This document shows, piece by piece, positions 26,601-40,084 of a stretch of DNA of 64,000 nt. Source of the stretch: Laetmonice hystrix (taxonomy: Eukaryota); contig OZ249450.1 in assembly GCA_965235115.1 (NCBI GenBank), positions 15,500,001-15,564,000 on the forward strand, read 5' to 3'. How positions within the stretch are numbered: position 1 is the stretch's first letter; every line of letters begins with the position of its first letter. Both the position numbers and the translations under genes were made by a program. The notes below the pieces were generated by a model that saw nothing but the letters and a program-made list of their open reading frames with translations, did not search any database and was not told the origin of the DNA.

Positions 26601-28005
26601 ATAGAACCCATTGGGGATGCCAAACGTCCTGGACAATTCTCTTTGGGTGGCGGTGTCCAGAGACCTCCTGGGGTGAGTGTTCCAAACTGTGCATGTGTAC
26701 AAGTGACTCATCAATCATTGGACAGCTCGCTGTACTTGGATCCCACGAAGTCTGAGGTTCGCGATAAGCACAGGTGGTTGGTCTCCGCTGACGTAATCCA
26801 CATTTTAGGGTGGGGTATCAGGGAGAGCCAGTCGAGCGTTTTTTCCAGATTACATCGGCCTGGCTCACACGCTTGGACCGACCTGTTTATCATCTGATGA
26901 CTTCTGCCGGATTATCAAAACAAGACAGTTAGTGTGCACCCACTTTGCGTCGTACGTTTTGGAGGGATATTTGTGGGGAACAGTCGTTAAAAACAGCCTT
27001 TTTGTATTGGCCGTTTGTCTTGACAATGGAGGAAAAACACCACACGAGGTCGTAAATCCAGTTTAGTATCGATCGAGAAGGCGCAGTGTTTTGCCTGACA
27101 TGCTGCCTTGGAAACGTCCCAACTCATTTAGTATCATCCACTGCTACATCTCACAACTTAACATATTCAATGAGAGCCTTACCACGCCACTGCTGGTGAC
27201 GCCACAAAGGAAAGCATTATAACAATGGTTATCGTGTCAGTGCCACACAGTAAGGGTGATGTTAAAGTTAAGTTCTTAGTTACAGATCGTTAGCGTTCAG
27301 TATATCAAGAAATGGGTCGTGAATGACATACCTACAGGTCCGTTTTAGACGTGCATGTTACATTAAAAGGTAGGAGTGATTTGTTTTCCTTAACCAAGGG
27401 ACATGCCTTTTTCATACTTCCATCAATGATTCATCGCTCATGTCATACACTGTGCCAGCGACCATTAACAAACGAACAATCCTACCAACTGTGGTAAGAT
27501 CTTATAATTATTAACGAGAGAATTAACGTCCTCCACAGCCAGCTGAGATCCTCTATGAACGTGCCTGTGGGACCTGCCTTTCATTGCGCTCGTAATTAAC
27601 GCGAATCCCTTATTAATGCACAGCAATCTCAGTAGAGATTCACTTTATCTCAGTCTGATCATTGCTTTACATTTGACACTCAGACCGAGTGTTTACATTG
27701 TGGAAAGGATGGACGTGTAGGGCGTGTTTCCTTAGTCGCGCACGACTATTTATCCGACGGTATGTATGGGAAAGTGTACGAAGGTCGCCGTAGCCAGTGT
27801 AGCTGTGGAATATATCGGTTTGTAGGTCTGTACATGTTAGGAAGAGATGGTCTCTGCAGGGGATGGTAGATGGATGCGGCCGGCCGCTGGCATCCATCAA
27901 CTCGCTGTACCGGAACCCGCTGGGTTTACCTACAGTCTGTGAGACGGACGATGTGACTGCCATATCACACATCGGATAACGTCACTTACGCACACGAAAC
28001 CCCTA

Positions 28006-29328
28006 CAAACACTGGACAAAAGTTTAGTCCTCAATACAAAATTTAATGTGTCATTTCAAACTGTGATAAGAAAACACCATTTTCTCGCAAAGATCCTAGC
28101 GCATGTTACGGGATATTTTAAAAAGTTGATTCACAACAATTTTGTCGTCACCATGGGTCGTAGGAAGGACGTCAATGAAGAACAGCGGATGATGATCATG
28201 GAGCCGAGACAAGGAGGAATGAAGGTCCATCGCATCGCTGAGAGACTCGGGAGTTTCGACCCGCACCAACTCCCGGGTTTGGCGACGGTTTCAGGAGACA
28301 GGTAACACCTCGAGAAAGTCTCGGTCTGGAAGAACTCGGGGACCACACGTCGAGATGACCGCGTGCTTCGACGACCGACTTCTTCTGGACGATTTGACTC
28401 CCTCACCACAATCAACCGCCAGTGGAACGAGCGGATTCAAGTCGAAACATCTGTAAAGACTGCCAGGCGTCGGCTGTATACTTGGGGTAGTCGCATTGCC
28501 AGAAGAAAACCTCTAATATCCAGGGAAAACAGGATGCGAAGAGTGCGCTGGTGAACCGTATCCGATTCTGAAACACAGAGAAACACTGGGCGAAGATTCG
28601 CTTCTCAGACGGACCTGGGCTTCAACGATAGAAGAGTGGCTTAGCAATGGAACTGGAATGGAACCGTCAAATGTGTCCCAAGTTTGTCGGCAAGGAGCTC
28701 GTTCCGTGATGGTCTGGGGCTGCATCACATTTTCTGGAGTCGATGAACTTGTGGTTATGGAAGGCAACATGAACCACAGAGATTATATCGATATTCTGGA
28801 GCAGAACTTGCTGTACAATCGATTGAGAACACGACCGAAAGATGCCTTTTATATTTTAACAAGACAAAGCTCCAGTACACAAAGCCCAACGATTGGAGGA
28901 GTGGTTCGATGCCAATGGAATCCAAGTGGTGCAGTGGCCTGCCCAGTCTCCAGATCTCAATCCCATAGAAAATCACCTGGGGAGAACTTTTACAAGTCAA
29001 CATTGAGCAACGTTACATTGGCCGACCAACCAACAAAAACTGGTTAACACAATGCTTGTTTCGTGCGTGTGGAAATATCACCCCAGGTATCAGTTATACA
29101 GTCACTGTACCGTTCCATGCCCAGACGTGTCAGAGCGGTTGTAAAGTCTCGTCGTTACACTACAAAGTATTAATTTTAAGTTCTATCTTCAAGAGGCATT
29201 CTGAGTTATTAATGGAACAATTAATATCATTATTGTTACCTTCTTTGTCATGGATCATAAATAAAAACATGTATCAACAGAACACACAAGTGTCTTTTGG
29301 AATGATGAACTGATTTTGTCCAGTATGT
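28006..29328 (+). mobile_element. Decayed Tc1 (DD34E) transposon
   Basis: Left end TA|CAAACACTGGACAAAAG; degenerate right end TTTTGTCCAGT at 29314-29324. About 1.3 kb long with an internal transposase pseudogene. Confidence 0.85.
28153..29173 (+). pseudogene. Tc1 transposase pseudogene (frameshifts and stops)
   Basis: Pieces in different frames: MGRRKDV.. HTH; SVKTARRRL..RRKPLIS; WAKIRFSD; SVMVWGCIT; QDKAPVH..WPAQSPDLNPIEN (34 residues between D and E); C-terminal SMPRRVRAVVKSRRYTTKY*. Confidence 0.92.
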
Positions 29329-30526
29329 CCATTGTACTATTTGTCCTATAGCGACATTCATGGGCAATATTTGTGACAGAGTCAATCTGCATCAATAATA
29401 TAGATTGTATATCTCATACTTTGCTTTTCTTGCTGCAGCTGCCTCAAGAGTTAAAATGTCAAGAGTGCCAATCTCATTTATGTTATTACCTGTAGAAACG
29501 ATGGCATCCAATATGTATGACAAACCCACTTATTTTAAACCGCTTCTAGCGACGCCTATGACATTCGCATCGTGACCGATACAACTGTGACAGGTGTCCA
29601 AGTAAGAAACCAGCTTTGTTTGAGGGTACGACCATTTCTGTAGTTCACTGTGTTCCAGTACATACCGCCCCAGTTGACTCTCAACAACAGCGAGACGGGA
29701 AAGAAATATAACACGGATGCATACGTTATCCACTGTCCCACCCAACGGCTTGAAATTATTAGATTACCTTAATCCCCCACTTACCTGTCCTATTCCCTAG
29801 CGCATAAAACCTCAAATTTCAAACAGCTCAGCATGTCCTCAAAATGTGACAGATACATGACCTGGTTTTGATAGGGCTGTTCTGTTATCGGATGTTACCC
29901 CCGACCAATGGAGTGCCTTTTCGGACTTAGGCGCCCAACACACCCGCTATTTCGTTTATAACTCTTCGCCATCCGTAGCGATATTTGGGTAGGAACATTG
30001 TAAGACACTAATGAAGACATTCAAAAATGTTTACTACTTCCTACGATCCGGTTTGCGATTCGGGTCTTATTGTCGCGAGGGACTAGAAGATAATTGCCTG
30101 TAGTAATCTGAGGAGGCAGTGAATGTATCAATTATTACGAATTTCCATATTAGGCTTGGTATATATCATCATGAGCAATATTGCTCAGTGCTGGGACTAA
30201 GTCTTACCACCAAGGATACCCGAGGCGGAGACTTGACGTTACGTCTATCTCTGCCGATCGTATTAACCTCTATATAAGTCGAGGTCCGTGCCTCATGTAG
30301 GCAGACGGTTCTCTTCCCTTCCGGTCACGTGACTGCCTTTGTTCAAACAAGATCGGATTGAGCGGACGCGCGCCACCGATTAGCAGGGGATCAATCTGTC
30401 AATTTACCATAACTGGCGTCTCTGAAACCGCTAGAACTAACCCCAGCGGAGCAGAAGTCTTAGCTGGCCCAAATATTGGATGACGCTATGCTTAACTTGT
30501 ATACGATGGGTACATGGTATTTAAAC

Positions 30527-30680
30527 ATTTACCATCTGCATGAAGTATATTTACCATCTGCATGAAGTATATTTACCATCTGCATGAAGTATATTTACCA
30601 TCTGCATGAAGTATATTTACCATCTGCATGAAGTATATTTACCATCTGCATGAAGTATATTTACCATCTGCATAAAGTAG
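30527..30680. repeat. Minisatellite, 22-bp unit x7
   Basis: ATTTACCATCTGCATGAAGTAT: six identical copies and a variant seventh. Confidence 0.97.
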
Positions 30681-32963
30681 GCCTATATATACATAGGAAA
30701 CCCGTTAAGGTTGTGTGTCCGGTTCGTGCAGCCCACTGTGGTGTTTTCGTAAGCATGTCAAGCTCTGGATAAGATAAAAACAATCCCTGGCCCCCTGGGT
30801 TCAGACTTTTTGAGCGGCTTCAGATGAAGATCTCCAGCGACATACAATTCAGGCGAGCCAGTCGAGTATCTTCCAGTGGTTCATATCGGGTGGGGAATGG
30901 AATTTGATAAGGAGGCGGTGCCCTTTCTGATCAGATCGCTGTCTTTGCCGCCACTGGGCGCGTTCTATCGAAACTCAAGGTGCCCAGAAAATCTTGGCGT
31001 CGCTTTGCTTATCCGCCGATAGCCAATTGCATCATTGGATAAGTAGCCGCAAAAAAATTACCACTCGGGAACAGTAAAAAAGCGGATTTAGGATGCATAC
31101 GCCCATTGGTAGCTTTTATTGGTATCAAAAGTGAGTATATACGCGGTTAAACTGTTCACTCCAATCAACGGCTCGTTTTTCCAACCAAAGCATGATAGAG
31201 CGTCGAGAAAAGCCGGAATTTCTTTTCGTTTTGTATTTTTGAGTGGGGTTCCATTAAAAGCACCAGCTGTGGTATATTCCCAGCCTGTGGCAGACAATTG
31301 TCAGTTAATTCTAACTTTATTAAACATCTGATGTCTTACATTTCATCTTGAAAGGTTCCATTTAACGGATTTTTGATTTCCAGGCGGCCTTCCCTGATGA
31401 TAATAGCATAATATGCCAGCCGAAATTAATATATTAGTTCTAACTTTAGCGTTATAATGTTAGCTAAGGGGTGTTTTCACAAGTCCTATTTTTACATCTA
31501 ACCGGAGCCAACATAATCATAAAAATCAGATTTTAAATCCTCAAATTAAACACCTGAGTTACTTTTACTGAATTTAATTCAACGGAATAACTTTGACGGT
31601 CACATAAAGCACCAGGTTGTGGTTACGCAGAGAAGCGTCACCTCTCTAAAAATATAGCTGAGAGAGCACAGCATTGAACGACATAAAAACCCAACCTTAG
31701 TATACGTAGGAGATAAAGTGGCATGGATATTGTTCAGATGGTGCCTAGCTCAGACTGCCTTTACCCCATAGAGTCATAGCTCACGGCTGACTTACGACCG
31801 ACGTCCCATCGGACGTCGACTATCAGTCTTTGCCAGCCAGGCTGTCCGGAGTGTCAGATCACGGTATCGAAATTCACGCCTACCGCGATGAAGAGGTCGC
31901 TGTGGTGTCACGGGCAGCTCAATAAAGTATTTTAACTTGTTTAATTCTTTTTCAGAACACTCACAGATAGGACTCCGTCTGTATTTTGGTGTGACTGGCA
32001 GGGAAGTGTGGACAGGTAAGGAAATAATATAAGCGGGTTCGTTCTAATAGATAATGTTCTTATAAGGTATTAAATTTTACATGCGGGTTCTAGACAGGCA
32101 GTTCTTCCGGTAAAAATAATCTATGGCTACAGGCTGACTTCTGCTCTTATAGCGACATGATCGCTTCTAGAGCAAGCATGACATCGCGAGGACGAACACG
32201 AAATGAGCAACTTCATAATACCTAGGACTCATCTGGAGATAGGATGAAAATCCCCTGAGTGTCTATATCTTATGCTTGTAACTACTGTGATTGGTTTAAT
32301 TAGCCAGCTGCAGGCTTAACAACACAACTCGCTGTAACTGTTAATTAGCAGTCCACCCAATGTTTAATAAGGCAGCAGCTTAGAACGCAGGATATTATAG
32401 GTTTTCTATATTTAGGAATCGAACGTATTTCGGTTATATTGACATCTGCTATAGGATCCTGAAAAAGACAGCCTTAGAAGAGGTGGGTGTTCGTTTACCC
32501 GCCCTTCTTTTCTTAACAAATCAATATTTTATATAGTGGATACGCTCAGGTCAAACAGGCAATGGCAGAAATTAACAACTTATCTATTGGGACAACTATT
32601 GGAGGAAAAAGGTCCGGCTGTTAGTCGACCGACTAAATTCGTGGCTTCAACTTCTTTATTCTCGCGAGACGTGGCGTCATTACGAGGCGAGCGACCGCTC
32701 CGTCTGGCGGTTTATTACGTTCTCCTCACGACAAAATTAATAACAAAGAACGGGAGACAAGAAGGAACCCGTCAACCAATAGCTGAGGGCCATGGCTCAC
32801 ATACTGTGGACCACGGTAGGGGACGTCTACCTTTAGAAGTAAAGGCCATGCATTCTTCGTCTCTTTGTCGCTTTGCTATAATTGATTTAAACATATGTAG
32901 ATGAAAATGACAGGCATAACACGGCGGTACAGACGGGGAAGATGATCAATAGTTGGTTCAGTG

Positions 32964-33098
32964 NNNNNNNNNNNNNNNNNNNNNNNNNNNNNNNNNNNNN
33001 NNNNNNNNNNNNNNNNNNNNNNNNNNNNNNNNNNNNNNNNNNNNNNNNNNNNNNNNNNNNNNNNNNNNNNNNNNNNNNNNNNNNNNNNNNNNNNNNNN
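32964..33098. other. Assembly gap (135 N)
   Basis: Run of N, abutting a GA-rich repeat. Confidence 1.
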
Positions 33099-33200
33099 GA
33101 GAGGCAGAGATACAGAGAGGGAGTCAAGAGAGAGAGAGACAGAGACAGAGAGATGGAGAAAGACGGGAGGGAGAGAGACAGAGATACAGAGAGACAGACA
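33099..33200. repeat. Degenerate (GA)n/(GAGACA)n microsatellite
   Basis: Purine-rich AG/AC repeat directly after the gap. Confidence 0.85.
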
Positions 33201-35854
33201 GGGAGTCATGAGTGCCTAAAGAGACTCTTGCTGTTTAAACGGAAGGTGACCCATAACCGTATATGTGTATGTGCCCATATGTTTTATTATGCACAGCCTC
33301 TAACAGGAAACGTCCGGATAGATAGGACCTGCATATTGATATTGATGGAGTATTGAATGTGGCCAAGACTTTGTCTCTGTCACTGTGAATGTCATGCATA
33401 GCGATCCTATGTCATGTCCCTCTCTGGCCCAGTTGTTACCAAAGGAAGATATCTCTTTGCCTAGAAAATAAAAGATATCGAAGCGTCAGGCTCTTTGGAC
33501 ATGCCTACCTGACTCAAGTAGGAAATTAGCTTCTTTAGACAGATTCGGGATGATGCGAAAAAGAGGCAATTCCTGGTCGCTAGTGGGTACCTTGCTTGTG
33601 GAGGAAAGTAGGGGATTACTGCGGTGCATCTAAATGGGCCGTTTGAATCGACGAAACAACGCTGGAGATTTGCATGCGGTCGCAGACCCTTGCGTGGCAC
33701 TTAGAGAAGGCTTTTGCCCATCTGCGCTGATTTCTAACCCGATTGGCCCTCGGCAGGACCCGGATCTGGGCGTGTAAACGGCGGTGTTAGTGTAACCACT
33801 TCGTCTAGATGAAGTGGGCCACAACAACTGACCCAGGTTCAGCTCGAGTCGCAGTCTGACAGTTGCCGTCCCGACGACAGCGAGTAAAACGTTGGCTTCC
33901 ACGGCAACAGACATCGTTCCTCATGGAAACCATCAAACGGAAGAGTGTTCCATATGAGAGTTTGTCATATCCCCATATGTCCGCTGGCTTCACTGCTATA
34001 CCGGAAATGACGTATGCATCATTCATGTCCGCACTAAAGGCCTATTTCCATTTATATTGCTCGGCATCGATCGTATCGCTGTACAGGGCCATTTACGGTT
34101 GCTGATTGGTCGTCTTTAGGATGGTCAATACAGGTGGTTAGTGGGGGGGGGGACAAGCTCTTGATGTGGCCAGCCTCAGGCTCAAACTTGTAGACGTACA
34201 TCCTACTCGATGGAGACGGTTGCGTCGTTGCAACGTCCAGGGGGCGAGCGACCAACCGAATCTGGTCGGCAAAATGCAATTTGGTTGTCGCCAATTGAAT
34301 GAAAGAGATAGGAAGTGTAGAAAATGTTCATCGATCTGTCATTAGAAACAGATCTGTCACTAGCACTAGGGACCTGCTTAGCCTCGGTCCTTGTTAGCAG
34401 CCGACTCGACTGAGTGGATCTAGCGGAGGGAACCTATGTCCGACGAGGCAAGTCACCGTGAAATGGTTCCCATTTGACTGTCCGCCCTCCGTCCTTCCGA
34501 CTGCCGCCCTTGCCCCACCTGGAAAACATTTAAACTGATTAGATCTACCGAATGCCGTGTTACTGGCAAGGTGGTCTACATAACAGAACTCGCCTGACAT
34601 TGCGAAAATCGAAATTTCGAGGATTAATTGACCTTGGGGGAAAGGGCAGGCCTTGTGTTTTTCCGAAGTAAGCTTCGGCAGTAGATCAAATTGCGATAAA
34701 CCTAATATGTTCTATGTATTTTTTCTTTTGTCCGGAGAGAGTATAAATGCAGCGATGATGCTCTAACCTAGCACTAAATGTCCAAGTAATGGTACGTATA
34801 CATAGATAAATTGCTATGTAAGTTTCAGCCCCCGTCGGGACCTGGTCTGGAATGAGTCTCGTCACCCGGCTATATTGTTCTCATGGGCAGACAAATTACA
34901 CTGCACGGTTCGGCTTTTTTCTCTTCAGTTCGCGGGGTGCAGACCTCACGGAGCTATTTCTTGAGTTTGAATACCTGATGTACCACACCTTTTCCCTGGC
35001 ACCCTATGACTGTAGATTACCAAAGGAATTGGTGTCTCCAATCGTACCTATGCTATTGGCTACTTAGAAGCTTCCGAAACATTATAATTATACATTGTAA
35101 TGTGGTGTGAATTTAAGTCACGCCTTTTCATGTGAAGTTATGGCCCATGTGATAAGGATTTTGAAGGGAAGAGTTTCTTTCAGAGAATTCCATGTCGCCA
35201 AATGGGACCGGCCCGCTCTGTTCAGGGTCATCATAGGTCAGAGATCAAAGGTCATAGGTCAGTGGCATCTTCTCCCCGACCTATCCGCGTCTGCTTAGTA
35301 TCCCAGTGTAAACCCGCTTCCGTTCTGGAAGTGTCATATTTATTATTGCAGCACCAATGGACTAGTCATGGATTATTTGTGGCATTTCATGGCTGTCGGT
35401 ATACATTACGTCAAATCTTATATACGTTTGCCCATAAACAGTTAGGTGGTGGAGGGCTGGTAGTTTATGGGCTGAAAAAATGTCCCTCCACCGTGATGCT
35501 TTAGTTATGTATGGAATATCCTCTGCCTGGGTCAGTGATATGTCATCTCCTGGCTATTGTCACATTAGGCATCTGTAGGCGGAGACAGTGGGAGTGGTCG
35601 AAGTGGGCGCAAATTATTTCTAGTTGTCTTATTTGATGATGTATGCAGTCAGAATGTCACTGCCAGTAAATTATACCTAGATATTGGATTTGTTAGAAAT
35701 CGGCCTTTATGATATCCACGTATGAGTTTAAACTATTGATGAAGCGAGGCTAGGTACTATAGTCTATATTCGGTAGATTTATTAATTATAGAACAGACGC
35801 AGTGGTGCGAAGGAACACTATACGTGGAGCTGAGAAGAATGGAGTTAGAACAAG

Positions 35855-35977
35855 CCCCAGTTTTTCAGAAATCTGACTTCTGATTGGCTGCCCTAAGCAT
35901 GCAGACCAGCCAATCAGAAGCCTGTTAGTTTACTTAAGTAAGCTTTAATCAAGTTGAGAATTTTTGAAAAACTGGGC
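35855..35977. mobile_element. Small palindromic MITE
   Basis: Ends CCCAGTTTTTCA and TGAAAAACTGGG. Inner inverted pair TTCTGATTGGCTG (35878-35890) and CAGCCAATCAGAA (35907-35919). Confidence 0.75.
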
Positions 35978-36301
35978 CCAGTTTGAAAAGAGGATTACAC
36001 TAAAAAAGAACTTGACATATTTCATTGGGGAGGCTTCATTTAGGAGAGCGCCCGCAAGGGGGCGTTGTTGTTCCAAACAGAGGAAACGGTACTCCAGACA
36101 CGGCCTCCGAAAAAACTGGCTGAGTTAGAGTCGGATATACATGTGTTCTATGGGCGGAAACACGATCGGTAATTATCTACTGTTTCGGTTGGTCAGCTCT
36201 GTCTGGACACGACATGTCGATGGAGTCTTTTCAGCCACTTAGACAAAGAGAATACAAAAATTAGCAGTATAGGAAGTATCGAACACAGGGGTTGTCTCAA
36301 C

Positions 36302-36487
36302 NNNNNNNNNNNNNNNNNNNNNNNNNNNNNNNNNNNNNNNNNNNNNNNNNNNNNNNNNNNNNNNNNNNNNNNNNNNNNNNNNNNNNNNNNNNNNNNNNNN
36401 NNNNNNNNNNNNNNNNNNNNNNNNNNNNNNNNNNNNNNNNNNNNNNNNNNNNNNNNNNNNNNNNNNNNNNNNNNNNNNNNNNNNNNN
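36302..36487. other. Assembly gap (186 N)
   Basis: Run of N. Confidence 1.
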
Positions 36488-37054
36488 GACTGGAGTAGTA
36501 TAGGCCTATAATTATGAGACTTTTTACTGAGTGGGGCCTTGATATCCCCTTGATACCTCTTGAAGTAGAAAATTTCAAGATGACACATGCAGGGCCACCT
36601 TTTTAACGAATATAAAATATCAATGCAAGGAGGCTATTTCTATTTCACAAAAATACTGAAGGTTGTCTGGGGTATATATCTACAAACAAGACATAATAGA
36701 CACAAAATATGTTTAAAACGGTCAGATATATTTCAACCATGTCGTTGAGGCGAGGTCCGAGGGCGTTGATTAACAATTAGAGATCCGACCATGCCTGTAG
36801 TACAACTAGACAGATGTCGAGGCTGAGATGAACGATATGCGGTATATTTTCTATCGACACAGGGATGGAAACGTTATGGTGATGTTATTGGCACACAAGT
36901 CCGCCTATAGTGGGGACCGGGCACTGGCTGCTGTTGATTAGGCTTACGGTGGAGTCCAACACCATCTCTAATACCTTGGGAGCATGGCCAGGACACAATG
37001 ACTCTATTATTAGACAGGATAAGCATATCCGTGCGGAGCCTCCTTTTTAATGAT

Positions 37055-37335
37055 CTGTTATATATTAGTAATATATTATACTAGACGTATTTATGTGTTG
37101 TTGATAGGCGGAGCTGTTATATATATTAGTAATATATTATACTGGAGTATTTATGGGTTATGGGAAACTGCATATATATATTAGTAATATATTATACTAG
37201 AAGTATTCATCTGTTGTTGATAGGGGAACTATTACATATATATATTAGTAATATATTATACTAGAAGTATTCATGTGTTACTGATAGGGGGAGCTGTTAT
37301 ATATATTAGTAATATATGATACTAGAAGTATTTAT
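37055..37335. repeat. AT-rich minisatellite, ~60-bp unit x5
   Basis: Core TATATTAGTAATATATTATACT recurs five times with variable spacers. Confidence 0.9.
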
Positions 37336-39199
37336 CATTGGAAATATTTCTAGGGCAATTCGATAAGATGGCGATAAAGGTTTGTGTACTTCTCTTTCAA
37401 TTATTTTTAACGTCCCTATATATGATGTTTGGGATGAAAGGATGTAAAATTGCACCTCTTAGTGATGGCTATTATATCCGTGGATCGTACATCAAGATTT
37501 CTTGATCTTGTTGTGTGGCCTCGGTTTGTAAATAGATCACCTCGAGGTTTCTGTTCGCCTTCGGACCGGTAAGCGTACGGTACAGTTCGCGATTGGTCCG
37601 CCAGGTGGCAGTCACGTATTTCATACTGGATAAATAGTGGGAGGAAGAAACACCTGTGGCATGGGTGGGCTGAGAGAATGAATAGATCGGGCCCATCCCA
37701 TGTTCATACCAGTGAAACTTTCGTCCTGCGGGTGGAAAAAATAGAACATAACTGTAGCAGTTGGAGACCGGAAGTCAAGCCAAGACAAATTGGTTTCGTG
37801 TCAAGCCATTACAACCCACGAAATTTACACCCTTCAAACTCAAGAGTTCTAATATTCAGCGGGAAGAACTTGAACAGTACAACACCCAGCAATTACCTGG
37901 GAGTTACGGAAAGGAGATAATCGGAAGGTCGTGTCTGGAAGAGGAAAGGGCGTTCGGGAGGTTTTAAAATGGCGACAGTGGCGGACGGATACGGGTGAAG
38001 GCGGACCGTGCGGAATGAATGGGTCGTCAAGGTCATGTGACCGCCGCTGTGGTTCTGTCAAACGATGTGGCGGGGCTAGCCGCGTGACCCTGTCGGTGGG
38101 CACTGACCCTGGGACAGGTTTCCGGGGAGGAAAGGCTAGAAGGCAGCCTGGCAGTCGTACCGCGGCCAGTGGCGACAACTCAGGGTGGGTACGGCAGGAG
38201 GATAGAGCTACCGTACCCCTTGGCTTCCTCAACAGGTCACACCCTCAAATAGCGCCGGCAGAATCAGTGGTAATGTGGATGTATTTCTGGGCAGCCCAGC
38301 TCGCTTACTGGGAAGCTGTGTCAGTACAGCTTTATTACCGACTGAAGCTCATCATACGCTATGACCGCGAGGGAATGGTTTAAAGGTGAAGTGCTTTGGT
38401 TTCTACATTAAGTACCGACATACGAGAAAATACATCATTAATACCCAGGGTGCCCCAATTACCACTGTGCCATGGAGAGTCACGGTGTAGGACTGGCACC
38501 GTGGTGGCGTCTGAGAAATGTGATCAGCACCCAGCGGAAAGTTATGGTGTCAATAATGGATGGACGTTGTTAGCGGCCGTGATCTCAATACGTCACTCGC
38601 TGGTCACAAGATGGTCCCGGATCGTTGTCAGTGCGAACGCTGCCCGATGATAACAAGCTCACAATTCTTCACTTTGCATCTGTCACCATGACGCATTGTT
38701 AAGCGTTCATAGATACTGGGGGAAGTGTTACGGTAGGAGGTATGTCGACTTTACGGAGACATATAGGTCTCAGCGGTTTTACCCGGTGTCCATGAGCAGT
38801 GCTAATGATCAGAGTTGGGCCAAGGGAAACAGTACCGCCGTCCGCTTAATTGCATCGGTCAGAGGCGGCAAGAGGAATGATCGAGCGTTTGTCACAAAGG
38901 AGGTCAATGAAAGTGCCCCTTTGGAGGACCGGCAAACGACCTCATGTAGTCTGACACACGGAGGACGCCAGCGTCTCAGCCAGGGTACAGTATCCAATTA
39001 CGTCAAGATCGTAGGGCATCAGGAGCCGTACATCAGTTTAGATCAGCGTTTATAAAAAAAAAACTTTCTGCATGGTGCCAAGTCCCATCAAATACAGAGC
39101 TTTGTTGGTCGTCGTGTACCGTTTTCTTGTAACGACGGTATCGGTTACCGCGGAGTCACAATTATAGAAGCGTGCAAGGTAGGAGAAGGAGAAAGAGAG

Positions 39200-40084
39200 A
39201 GAAAAAATTGGCACCGGATGGTACGGTTGTCAGTGCGCACCTGAGTCGGTGTGGTGGCGGCGATTCGGTCATCACCAAGCGTCTCTAGTGGTGTTTCGGC
39301 GCGCGCACGTGTACCGGGGACAGTGTGGACTCCTCCCAGTCGGAGAGGTAGACACCACCACCACCACCACCACCGCCACCACCACCACGTGCAGTGCAGG
39401 TGTGGTGCAGTGAGCGTTGTCAGAGGGACACGTAGACTGACTGACTCCGTGGACGGATCACTGTGACTGACGGAGGGTGGAAGGACGTCACTGGGACAGA
39501 CCCGTCGGCTCGCTGCATGCACGCGGCACCCACTGCTCGCTCGGGTACCGTCTGACCAACCGTCCGGTCCAAGTGTACAAGGATCCAGTCTCACTGTGAC
39601 GCTATGCGATCTATGCGCTGGCTCGGAGAACTGAGCGACGGCCGTGGACGTGTACGGAGAGCGAAACTTTACAACTTTGACACATGGCAATTGGTATAGA
39701 TATCTGACATACGGATCGCGTGCCACTGAGCTGTGGTTTGGGAAGATAGCGTCTGCCATATACTTCAGATGAATGGCGTTTCACAAATATACGGATAACG
39801 TGTATAATATTTTTATATATCTGCGATTTCTCCCGGGATTGTCATATTTCACAACCATGGGAAATGTTCATATCTCGATCACTAGACAAAGTGCAAAGTG
39901 ATCGCCGATTCCTTGCGTTACGCAAACTGAAGAAGATAACAGCGGTTGTGGATATACCGCTCCTGATTGCTCCCGTATTTCATGTTTGACCATCACACCC
40001 GCCTTGAAGAATTCCTAAAGGGTTGATCATTTTATTTCTTGCGACAAAGAGGAAAGTGCTCAAAGTATTTCATCGCCCCCCAAA
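39200..40084 (+). promoter_or_regulatory. CpG-rich putative promoter/5' UTR region of the GPCR gene, including a (CAC)n tract at ~39355-39389
   Basis: GC/CpG-rich block directly upstream of a signal-peptide-encoding exon. TSS not determinable. Confidence 0.45.

Noticed and set aside
32942-36578. ORF-track entries containing X runs
   Set aside because: Artefacts of translating through assembly gaps.
37931-38383. ORF beginning MSGRGKG, like histone H4/H2A N-termini
   Set aside because: The start is GTG, similarity ends after seven residues, and no histone fold follows.
39145-39759. 204-aa antisense ORF over the GPCR 5' region
   Set aside because: Explained by GC-rich sequence and the (CAC)n tract (poly-Trp run); no family motif.
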